A stretch of 64,000 nt of DNA from an uncultured Gemmataceae bacterium (GTDB lineage: Bacteria; Planctomycetota; Planctomycetia; Gemmatales; Gemmataceae): positions 1,792,001 through 1,856,000 of the forward strand of contig CAVVPN010000011.1 in assembly GCA_963750165.1 (NCBI GenBank). Reading direction: 5' to 3'. A model generated the notes under the pieces. It saw only the letters and a program-made list of their open reading frames with translations, had not been told where the DNA came from and did no database searches. Below are positions 10,183 to 18,111 of the stretch, piece after piece (position 1 is the stretch's first letter; every line of letters starts with the position of its first letter). Made by a program: the position numbers and the translations under genes.

Positions 10183-10299
10183 TTAGTCACCAGTCATTTG
10201 TCATTAGTCATTTGTTCGCAAGGATTGCGTTGTGAAAAATTCCTCTTCTTTGCCCGGACCCTGGGAACTAATGACTAATGACTAATGACTGATGACTAA
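10183..10299. repeat. Inverted heptamer tandem arrays (TTAGTCA)n...(TGACTAA)n
   Basis: 4-5 degenerate units on each side of a ~50-nt spacer. Confidence 0.85.
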
Positions 10300-11660
10300 A
10301 ACCGTTCAAGCTGTCGGTTAACTGGCTCCAGCGACAGTGAGAAGTCGTCGCCCGCCACGGTCGCGGCGCCTTCCAGCAGGCCGCGCTCGCGGACCAACTG
10401 GCCGTTGATCGTCATGGCCCCGCCCGAGCGCACGCCGAGACCGTCCTTGTGGCGGAACAGCACCAGCGGTTGCTTCAGGTCCGGCATGCTCACGTGCGCC
10501 TGCTGCCCTGGGCCGAGCACCAGTGTCTCGGCCATCAGCAGCACGCCGTCCAGCGCCAGCCGCAGCCGATGACCGCTCACCAGGTCGATGCGAGCGCTGG
10601 CGCTGACCGGCACCGCCTGCCGGAACTGAAACTGACAGGATGTGCCCAGTGTCACGCGATCACCCGACTTCAGCAGCGCCCGGTCCACCGCCTGGCCGTT
10701 CACCTGCACCGGCCGGTGCGCCTCCAGCACATACGCTCCTTCCGCGTCGCGCAACACCGTGGCGTGCAGGCGCGATACGTCCGCCAGCAGCCCCACGTCC
10801 ACCGCGTTCTCCGGTGTCGCCTGGCCGAAGGTGATGCGGTTGCCCAGGCAAATCAGGTAGCCGCCAACGCGGTCGATCCACAGCAGGTAATGCGTCACCG
10901 GCTCCAGCTTTGTTCGGTCGATGACGACCTGCGGTGGCCCTGGTGGGACGACGATGGTGGGCGGCTCGACCGCCTTCCAGGCCCGCGACCGCACCCGCCG
11001 CGCCTCGGCGTGTTGTGGGGCGATGGCCAGCACCTGTTCGGACAGCTCCAGCACCTCCGGCCAGCGCTCCTGAGCCACCGCCTCGTGCAGGTTCAGCAGC
11101 AGCCGGGCGAAGGCGTGTTTGCGTTCCTGGAGCTGATTTTGATAGCGCTCCAGTGAGCCGAGGGGCGTCGTCAATCGACGGCGGACGTGTTCCAGGGTGT
11201 CCAGCGCCTGGGCGAACTCGCCGCGCTCGGCGAATTCACGCGCCAGCGACCAGTCCTTGGCGGCCTCCTCCATCGGCTTCAACTCGGGCTGGTTGACAAG
11301 ACGGTCGCGCAGCTGGGCGATGGCCTCAGCAGCGCGGCCTGGCTCGCCTGCCTCCAGCAGCGCCCGCACCTCGGCGATGCCGAGCCGCGTCAGCGCCTGC
11401 CGCAACCGCACCGCCGAACTCTCCGGCACGCCGACCTGCTCCGCCTTGAGCAGGTCATTCCAGGCGGCGATGGCGTCGTCGTGCCGCAGATGGCGTTCGC
11501 CGCGCTCCGTGAAGGCGCGGGCCAGCTGCTGGAGCAGGTCGTTGGCGCGCTTGTGGGCGCGCACCGTGGGCTGGTTCAGCAGCCCCAACGCCTCCTCCAA
11601 TCGGCCGGCGCGGAGGGCCTCCTGCGCCTGGCGAACCGTGACCCATGCGAATCCAAGCAT
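10296..11660 (-). CDS. TPR-like helical protein with C-terminal FHA-like domain
   Basis: Helical repeats, then ITFGQ..ADVSRLHATV..VQVNGQAV..LKSGDRVTLG. Confidence 0.75.
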   Translation of the reverse strand: MLGFAWVTVRQAQEALRAGRLEEALGLLNQPTVRAHKRANDLLQQLARAFTERGERHLRHDDAIAAWNDLLKAEQVGVPESSAVRLRQALTRLGIAEVRALLEAGEPGRAAEAIAQLRDRLVNQPELKPMEEAAKDWSLAREFAERGEFAQALDTLEHVRRRLTTPLGSLERYQNQLQERKHAFARLLLNLHEAVAQERWPEVLELSEQVLAIAPQHAEARRVRSRAWKAVEPPTIVVPPGPPQVVIDRTKLEPVTHYLLWIDRVGGYLICLGNRITFGQATPENAVDVGLLADVSRLHATVLRDAEGAYVLEAHRPVQVNGQAVDRALLKSGDRVTLGTSCQFQFRQAVPVSASARIDLVSGHRLRLALDGVLLMAETLVLGPGQQAHVSMPDLKQPLVLFRHKDGLGVRSGGAMTINGQLVRERGLLEGAATVAGDDFSLSLEPVNRQLERF

Positions 11661-11682
11661 TGAATGGCACCGTCGAGTTCTT

Positions 11683-11743
11683 CGTGGGGTAGACACATTC
11701 CTGTCTGCCAACCTTAACGGCAGACAGGAATGTCTGCCCCACG
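11683..11743. repeat. REP-like palindrome (same family as 16836-16894, opposite orientation)
   Basis: acattcctgtctgcc-aaccttaac-ggcagacaggaatgt flanked by cgtgggg/ccccacg. Confidence 0.85.
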
Positions 11744-11755
11744 GAAGAAGGCCCC

Positions 11756-12532
11756 TTACTCGTCATCCTTCTGGGCAACCTGCGGCATCGTCGGAGTCTG
11801 CCCGTCGAGGAAGCGGCGGACCTCCTGCGGCGACACGGGCGGCTCCGCGGCGGCGGCTGGCGGCGCCGGCAGTTTGCTGCGGATCTCGCGGTCCACCCTG
11901 GACTTGTTCTGTTCCACTGACTGGCTCCGCTTGATGCTGTTCAGTGTGTCGCGGATGTCGGCGATCAGCGGGTCGTTGGACTGCGCCGGCGAGCCGTCCT
12001 CCGCCAGGTTCAGATTCTGTTCCCGCAGTTCCAGTTCGGCCAGCTGCCGCTCGAACTCAACCTTCTGCGCGTACAGCCGCTCCACGCGCACCTTGGCCCT
12101 GGCGATGGTCTCCTCCAGCGCCTTCAGTTGCTTTTCGCGCTGTTCCTGGAGGTGCTTGTCGCGCTTGAAGGCGTGGAAGGATTCGGTCAGCCGCGCCCGA
12201 TCGATGGCCGCCACCTCATGCTTCTCCGCCTTCTGCGTCAGCGCCTCGAGTTCCTTCGCCTGGCGTTCGAGGGCGGCGCGCCCGCTCTTGACCTTGACGC
12301 TCAGTTCGTCCGCCTCCTGCATCTTCTCGGCGATCGGGCCGAGGCTGTCCTTGATTCGGGCATCCAGTTTGCTGATCTGGTAGCGGACGCGGTCCATCTT
12401 GGATTCGCGCGACTCCCAGCTGGCGAACTGGCGGCGCCAGCCATCGAGCCAGGCGCCCACACGGCTGCTGGATTTCGCCACCGTCACTCCCGCCGTCAAC
12501 AGCAGCCCCACCACGACCAATTTCTTCCACAT
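11756..12532 (-). CDS. Coiled-coil protein with N-terminal signal/anchor
   Basis: MWKKLVVVGLLL followed by a long E/K/R/L-rich heptad region. Confidence 0.7.
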   Translation of the reverse strand: MWKKLVVVGLLLTAGVTVAKSSSRVGAWLDGWRRQFASWESRESKMDRVRYQISKLDARIKDSLGPIAEKMQEADELSVKVKSGRAALERQAKELEALTQKAEKHEVAAIDRARLTESFHAFKRDKHLQEQREKQLKALEETIARAKVRVERLYAQKVEFERQLAELELREQNLNLAEDGSPAQSNDPLIADIRDTLNSIKRSQSVEQNKSRVDREIRSKLPAPPAAAAEPPVSPQEVRRFLDGQTPTMPQVAQKDDE

Positions 12533-12686
12533 GATCGACCCCTTTCCCTGTGATAAACCCCTTGGGTTTGGTTGTGTGCGAAACCATCGCCCGGGCCGGA
12601 CGCTATCCAGCCCTTCTGTTATTCGCTCGTCAGGGTAATGGATTTTAGAAAAATGTGGGGCGGGGTTGCAAGGAGAGTAGCGGCAT

Positions 12687-12738
12687 GGTCAGAGCCCAAG
12701 CGCCAGCGCGGGGCAGCGCTGGCGCTTGGGCTCCGACC
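12687..12738. repeat. REP-like palindrome (related to 28751-28812)
   Basis: gagcccaagcgccagcgc..gcgctggcgcttgggctc; both copies followed by accacgaaaa. Confidence 0.75.
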
Positions 12739-12758
12739 CACCACGAAAAATCATGTGC

Positions 12759-13523
12759 TCACGGCGGATCCCAGCGCAACGTGCAGCGGTTTCGGCCGAC
12801 GGGCAGTTTGCCCCCCTGATTGATGTTGCGGACCTCCAGCCGGTATTGACCGGTCACCCGCGGCTGGAAGACGATGTAGCAATCCTTGACATCCCGGTCG
12901 TCCCAGACGATCGGCATCGGGTTGCCGGGCTCGAAGATGAACAGATCGATGTCGGTGTTCTTCTGGGTGTTGACGCGCACCTCCGTCCGCTGGCCGGCCC
13001 GGAAGTTGGCGAAATACGTCTTCGTCTCGCCCGGTTCGATGCTGAAGGTGCGCTGGTTGGGCGGGTCGCTGTTGGCGATGATTACGATGACCACGATGAC
13101 CACGATGAGCAGCAGCAGCACACCGCCGCCGACGCCCAGGCCGATGGCCACCTTGGCGCCCGTGCTCATGCCAGCCTGGCGGCGCCGGCGCCGCGGCCGG
13201 TCGTCGAACTCCTCATCGTCGCGGTAGCGACCACGGCCGCGGTCCCGGTCGAGTTCGTCGCGGTCGAACTCGTCGCGGCTGCGGCGGTCGTCGTCGTCGC
13301 GGTCGGCGTAGCGGCGCGGCGGCTCGTCCACGGGGCCGCGGCGCGGCACCGGTTCGGGCACCAGGCCCGGCACCGTGCTGGCCGGCGCCCATTGCGGCAT
13401 GCCCTCGTGCCACACCATGTCGCCCGCGTTCAGATGGCCGCCGGCCGCCAGCTGCCGCAGTTGCGCCTCGGACACCGGCCCGGCCTGCTGGCCTCCCGCC
13501 GTGTAATACCACAGGTCCGCCAT
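12759..13523 (-). CDS. GYF_2/DUF4339 domain membrane protein with C-terminal PPC-like domain
   Basis: WYYT..QAGPVS..L..L..G.L..DMVWHEGMPQW; R/D-rich linker; TM helix; DIDLFIF..GQYRLEVRN. Confidence 0.8.
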   Translation of the reverse strand: MADLWYYTAGGQQAGPVSEAQLRQLAAGGHLNAGDMVWHEGMPQWAPASTVPGLVPEPVPRRGPVDEPPRRYADRDDDDRRSRDEFDRDELDRDRGRGRYRDDEEFDDRPRRRRRQAGMSTGAKVAIGLGVGGGVLLLLIVVIVVIVIIANSDPPNQRTFSIEPGETKTYFANFRAGQRTEVRVNTQKNTDIDLFIFEPGNPMPIVWDDRDVKDCYIVFQPRVTGQYRLEVRNINQGGKLPVGRNRCTLRWDPP

Positions 13524-13550
13524 ATCGACCCTCCCGCGTGCCGCGCCGCG

Positions 13551-14311
13551 TCAGTTGTGCCTCATCTCCACATCGTTGAACCGCTGCATGTCCTTGTTCC
13601 ACAGCTCCACCCGATACACGCGCGTGACCGGCGGCTGCCAGATCGCCTGCCGCTGGTCCGAGAAGCCCGCGGTGCTGCTGGCGACCATCAGGTTGGTGAC
13701 CGTGTCGTAGATGCGGACCTCCACGTCGGTGCCATCCCGGCCGCTGATGTTCACCTGGGCCGGGCCGCCGCTGCGAAACTTCACCAACCAGAACTTCTTC
13801 TCGCGGGGCTGAAGCAGGTGGCGGTGGGCCATCGGCCCGACCGTGGCGCCGCCAACCGGCGGCGCTGCTTTGGCACCGGCGCTGTCAGGGGTTGGTTGGT
13901 CGAGATGGCGTTCCGCGACGCCAGCACGGCAATGACCACGACGACGACGATGAACAGCAGCAGTACGCCGCCACCAATGCCCAGGCCGATGGCCACCTTG
14001 GCCCCCGTACTCAGGCCCTCGGGCTCCGCCCGGCGCCGCGGCCTGGGCCGGTCGTCGAAGTCATCGTGCCGCGGCCGTGGCCGATCCGCCGCCGTCGGGG
14101 CACGTCTGGACGGCGCCGCCGGGGCCTGCGGTTCCTCGGCGCGGAAGGCGAACTCAGGCACGGCCTCGGCCGGCACCCAGCGCGGCATGCCTTCCTTCCA
14201 AACCAGGTCGTGCGGTTGCAGCCGGCCCGCGGCCGCATAACGGCGCAGGTCCGCCTCCGAAACGGGCCCCACCTGCTGGCCCTGCTCCGTGTAGTACCAT
14301 TGGTCGGCCAT
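13551..14311 (-). CDS. GYF_2/DUF4339 paralog (frameshift near 13830-13880)
   Basis: WYYTEQGQQVGPVSEADL..DLVWKEGMPRW; same STGAKVAIGLG TM; C-terminal domain continues in ORF 13551-13832. Confidence 0.75.
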
Positions 14312-14350
14312 GGCGCCTCGCTCCTGTTTTCGTCCCGCAAACTGCCCGGC

Positions 14351-14674
14351 TCAGTGGACGCGCATCCTCATCACGAGCATCACCGCCGCGATCACCAGCG
14401 CCAGGCCGACAACCACCCCCAGGCGGATCGTAAGCCAGACGTTGGAGTGAGTTCCGGCGCCGTCGAGGTCCACCACGCCGTCCGCTCTGCCGCCCCGCGG
14501 CGGCCGCAGCCCGAACTCCGAGATGGTGTACGCCGGCACCCAGCGGCGCATGCCGTCTTTCCAGACCAGGTCGCGCGGCCGCAACAACCCGCTGGCCGCG
14601 TACCGCCGCAGTTGCTCGGTGGACGCCGGCCGCTGCTGCTGACCCATCCGGGTATAGTACCAGACTTCGGCCAC
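14351..14674 (-). CDS. Short GYF_2/DUF4339 protein
   Basis: WYYTRMGQQQ..DLVWKDGMRRW plus C-terminal TM helix. Confidence 0.75.
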   Translation of the reverse strand: MAEVWYYTRMGQQQRPASTEQLRRYAASGLLRPRDLVWKDGMRRWVPAYTISEFGLRPPRGGRADGVVDLDGAGTHSNVWLTIRLGVVVGLALVIAAVMLVMRMRVH

Positions 14675-14820
14675 GGGGCGTCTCCTGACGGGCGGCCCGC
14701 CCAGGCCGTGGAGGGGCGGCGGGCGGCGCTCAACTTTCCTTTATTTAACCCCGGCTCGGGACGACTGCAAGTTAAGATGGGAAAAAAACGTAGGGGATCG
14801 TGGACGCGCCTCTGCCGCTG

Positions 14821-15897
14821 TCAGGGGCCGCCCTGCTTGATGGTGACGCGGACCCGCTGACCGATGCGCAGCGGCCGGCCGGGCTCCACGGACACCAGAC
14901 ACTCCAGCGTGCGCACGTCGTTGTACTGGAACGGCTCGAAGATCATCGAACGACGATGGGCGTACCAGTCGGAGACGCGTGTTACCTTGCCCTTCCACTG
15001 ATAGCCGGCTCGCGCTTCGTCCGCGACGATGGCGACCTGACCAACCTCGACCTTGGCGGCCCATTCCTGCTGTACCTCGGCGCGGATGATGCGTTCGCCG
15101 TGCGGGCAGAACTGGATGGCGGCCACCTTCGGCTGCGTGCCGAGCAGATCGCCCGTGCTGGTGAACACGCGCAGGATGGTGCCGTCCGCCGGGGCGTACA
15201 AATCGTGCCCCAGCACACCCAGCCGGGCCTGCTCGACGAGTGCCTCCCTGGCCTTCACGTCCTCCTGCGCGCGCTTGAGGTCAATGGTCGGGATCGGCAC
15301 CGCCAACTCTTTCAAGAGAATCCGCTCCGCCTGCAACCTGGCCTCCGCGCCCTTGACCGCTTGCTCAGCCATCACCAGTTCTTCCTTGCTGATGAGCCGA
15401 TACATCTGGCCGTTCTCGGACTTGTTATTGTAGGCCCGCTCGGCCTTCGCCAGTTTTTGCTTCGCCGCCTCCAGGCTGGCCTCGGCCCCCGCGATCGCTT
15501 GCTGCTGTGCCTCGGCCTTCAGCCGCCATACCTGGACGGCGGCCTCGGCCTTTTCGACGTTGCCCTGCGCCGCCGCCAGGCCAGCCCGCGCTTCCTTCAA
15601 CTTTTCGCGTGACAGACGGTCGTCGGTGCTCAGCAGCAGGTCGCCCTCGAACACGGCGTCATTCTCGTTGACGTAGACGGCGACGACGGGGCCGGGCTGA
15701 ACCGGATACAGTCCTGGCACGCCCTTCGGCATATCGACGCGGCCGTCAGCGACGATGAAGTCGGCGCCCGGCTCCTTGCCCGGGGCGGTTTCCTTGTCGC
15801 CGTGGTTGAAGAACCAGCCCGCGCCGGCGGCGGTGCCGACGAGCAGCAGCACGCCCAGCACCCAGAGGAAGCGTTGCGGACGGGAGAAAGTGGTCAT
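14821..15897 (-). CDS. HlyD/DevB-like membrane fusion protein
   Basis: N-terminal TM, GPVVAVYV.E lipoyl half-motif, coiled hairpin, LYAPADGTIL, LRIGQRVRV. Confidence 0.85.
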   Translation of the reverse strand: MTTFSRPQRFLWVLGVLLLVGTAAGAGWFFNHGDKETAPGKEPGADFIVADGRVDMPKGVPGLYPVQPGPVVAVYVNENDAVFEGDLLLSTDDRLSREKLKEARAGLAAAQGNVEKAEAAVQVWRLKAEAQQQAIAGAEASLEAAKQKLAKAERAYNNKSENGQMYRLISKEELVMAEQAVKGAEARLQAERILLKELAVPIPTIDLKRAQEDVKAREALVEQARLGVLGHDLYAPADGTILRVFTSTGDLLGTQPKVAAIQFCPHGERIIRAEVQQEWAAKVEVGQVAIVADEARAGYQWKGKVTRVSDWYAHRRSMIFEPFQYNDVRTLECLVSVEPGRPLRIGQRVRVTIKQGGP

Positions 15898-15912
15898 CGG
15901 GGTCACTCCGTG

Positions 15913-16025
15913 AAAGTCCTTAGTCATTGGTCATTAGTCATCCGGGCCAACGTCGAGAACCTCAACTTTTGCCAGTAACTGGAATCCCGATAACTAATGA
16001 CTAATGACCAATGACCAAGGACTAA
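15913..16025. repeat. Inverted heptamer tandem arrays (TTAGTCA/TTGGTCA)...(TGACTAA/TGACCAA)
   Basis: 3-4 left units and 5 right units; same unit family as 10183-10299. Confidence 0.85.
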
Positions 16026-16026
16026 C

Positions 16027-16800
16027 TTATGCCTCAGGGGCCAAACTGAACGGCTGCGGGTGGGCGCCGTTCTGGTTGTGCGCGTCGCCGCCGTGGCACG
16101 TCTCCGACAGCACGCCGTCGTTCAGATGCAGCACGCGGTCGGAGTGGGCGATCAGCCGCGAATCGTGCGCCACCACCAGGATCGTTGCGCCGCGGTCGTG
16201 GGCAGCGGCCCGCAGCAACTCGACCACCTGCTCGCCGTGCTTCCAGTCCAGGGCGCTGGTCGGCTCGTCGGCGAAGACGAAGGCCGGCTCCTTGATCAGC
16301 GCCCGGCCGATGGCCACGCGCTGCTGTTCGCCGCCGGACAGCTGCGTCGGCCGCAGGTGCGCCTTCTTGCCCAGGCCGAGCAGGTCCAGCATATCCAGCG
16401 ACTTGCGGCCGGCGTCGCGGCGGTTGGCGCCCGCACCCCAGCGCAGCACCATCTCCAGCTGCTGCCGGGCCGTCAGCGCCGGAAACAGATTGTAGCCCTG
16501 AAAAATGAAGCCGCAGTGCTTCAGCCGGAACTCCTCGCGTTTGCGTTCCGTCATGCGCCAGATGTCCTGACCCAGGGCGGACACGATGCCGCCGTCCGGC
16601 TTCAGCAGGCCCGAGAGCACCGCCAGCAGCGTCGATTTGCCGCTGCCGGACGGCCCCATGAGCAGGGCCATCTGGCCGGGCAGCAGTTCGAGCGAAACGT
16701 CCGCCAGGGCTGTCGTCCGCGCCTCGCCCGTGCCGAAGGAACGGGTCAGGTTGCGGCCGCTCAGCGTGGGCTCGGCGGAGTGCGGCTCTTCGTTGAACAT
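16027..16800 (-). CDS. ABC transporter ATP-binding protein (LolD/DevA-like)
   Basis: GPSGSGKST, GFIFQGYNL, LSGGEQQRVAI, FADEPT. Confidence 0.95.
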   Translation of the reverse strand: MFNEEPHSAEPTLSGRNLTRSFGTGEARTTALADVSLELLPGQMALLMGPSGSGKSTLLAVLSGLLKPDGGIVSALGQDIWRMTERKREEFRLKHCGFIFQGYNLFPALTARQQLEMVLRWGAGANRRDAGRKSLDMLDLLGLGKKAHLRPTQLSGGEQQRVAIGRALIKEPAFVFADEPTSALDWKHGEQVVELLRAAAHDRGATILVVAHDSRLIAHSDRVLHLNDGVLSETCHGGDAHNQNGAHPQPFSLAPEA

Positions 16801-16835
16801 GGAACGTTCTCGCACAGGACCTCCATCCGTCCTTC

Positions 16836-16894
16836 CGTGGGGCAGACATTCCTGTCTGCCGTTGAGGTTGGCAGACAGGAATGTCTGCCCCACG
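16836..16894. repeat. REP-like perfect 25-bp inverted repeat
   Basis: cgtggggcagacattcctgtctgcc-gttgaggtt-ggcagacaggaatgtctgccccacg. Confidence 0.9.
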
Positions 16895-16899
16895 TTTCA

Positions 16900-18015
16900 C
16901 TAGCGCAACAGGGCCACCGGCTCGATCAGGCGCAGCGACCGCAGCGCCAGCAGGCCCGACAGCATGGCCATCACCATCGTGATGAGCACCGCGCCGGCCA
17001 GCAGTTCCACCGGCAGCAACACGCGGGCGCCGACCTGGTTGCCCAGCTGGGCCAGGGCGAACACCGTCGGCAGCGCCAGCGCGACGCCGGCCAGGCCCAC
17101 CCAGAACGACTGGGACAACACCATCATGCCCATGCGCCAGCGCGGGATCCCCATCGCCCGCAGCACCGCGTACTCGCGCAGCGACGCCGCCGTGGCCGCG
17201 TACAGCGTCTGGCTGGTTACGACAGCGCCGACCAGCAGGCCCAGCGCCGCCGCCAGACCCAGGGCAATGCCGGCCTTGGTCTTGGTCAGCCAGTGCAGGC
17301 GCGAGTGCAGCGAGAAGTCGGCGCTGGTGAAGGCGCTGAACTTGCGCGGGTACGCCTCCAACTGTCGCACCACCTTGCGGGCGTCCTCCGGCGACCGGCA
17401 ACGGGCCAGCAGGAACGTTGCCTGCTCGGACGTCAGGTTCAGCCGCGGCCGGGCCGTCTCCACCGAACAGAAGATGTACGGCCCCGCCAGACTCTTCATG
17501 CCGCGCACCGTCGAGACGACGCGAACGCGCTGCCTGGAAATCTCCGCGGTGTCGCCGACTTTCTTGATGCCCAGGCGGTCGAACTCGGACTCGTCCACGA
17601 TGATGGCGCCCGGCTCGGTCAGCAGCGCCCGCTGCCGCGGCGTCAGCCCCTTGACGGCGCCGAGGGCGTCTTCGTGCAGCCGGGAACCGATCAGCAGACA
17701 CAGTTCGTTGCCACCCGTCGGCTTGTCCCAGTAGGCAAAGCCCTGGGTGTAGATTTCGGTGCGCTCGACCTCCGGCATGGACAGGTAGGACTCCCACGCC
17801 GCGGGAATGGGCCGGCCAAGGTCTACACTGGGCACCTCCGGATGGCCGACCCACACGTCGGCGCTGGTCTCGTCGATGGGCAGCGACGTGATCGAGAACA
17901 GGCCGAGCAGCAGGCCGCACTGCAGCGCGATCAGCAGACAGCTAAACGCCACCGCCAGCACGCCGGGCAGGAAGCGCTGGCGCTCGTACCAGAGGGTAGC
18001 CAGTGCGTAGGACAT
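16900..18015 (-). CDS. ABC transporter permease (FtsX/DevC-like)
   Basis: N-terminal TM, ADVWV, periplasmic loop, REYAVLRAMG, three C-terminal TMs, IEPVALLR. Confidence 0.9.
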   Translation of the reverse strand: MSYALATLWYERQRFLPGVLAVAFSCLLIALQCGLLLGLFSITSLPIDETSADVWVGHPEVPSVDLGRPIPAAWESYLSMPEVERTEIYTQGFAYWDKPTGGNELCLLIGSRLHEDALGAVKGLTPRQRALLTEPGAIIVDESEFDRLGIKKVGDTAEISRQRVRVVSTVRGMKSLAGPYIFCSVETARPRLNLTSEQATFLLARCRSPEDARKVVRQLEAYPRKFSAFTSADFSLHSRLHWLTKTKAGIALGLAAALGLLVGAVVTSQTLYAATAASLREYAVLRAMGIPRWRMGMMVLSQSFWVGLAGVALALPTVFALAQLGNQVGARVLLPVELLAGAVLITMVMAMLSGLLALRSLRLIEPVALLR

Positions 18016-18046
18016 TCCACAAGAACCTCGGTTGCCTTCTTTTTTC

Positions 18047-18111
18047 GTTCGTAGTACCGGCTTTAGCCGGAATCCGACGGTCAGATTCCGCCTAAAGGCG
18101 GTACTACGAAC
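18047..18111. repeat. GTAG-type REP palindrome overlapping the asnB stop codon
   Basis: gttcgtagtaccggctttagccggaatc..gattccgcctaaaggcggtactacgaac. Confidence 0.8.
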
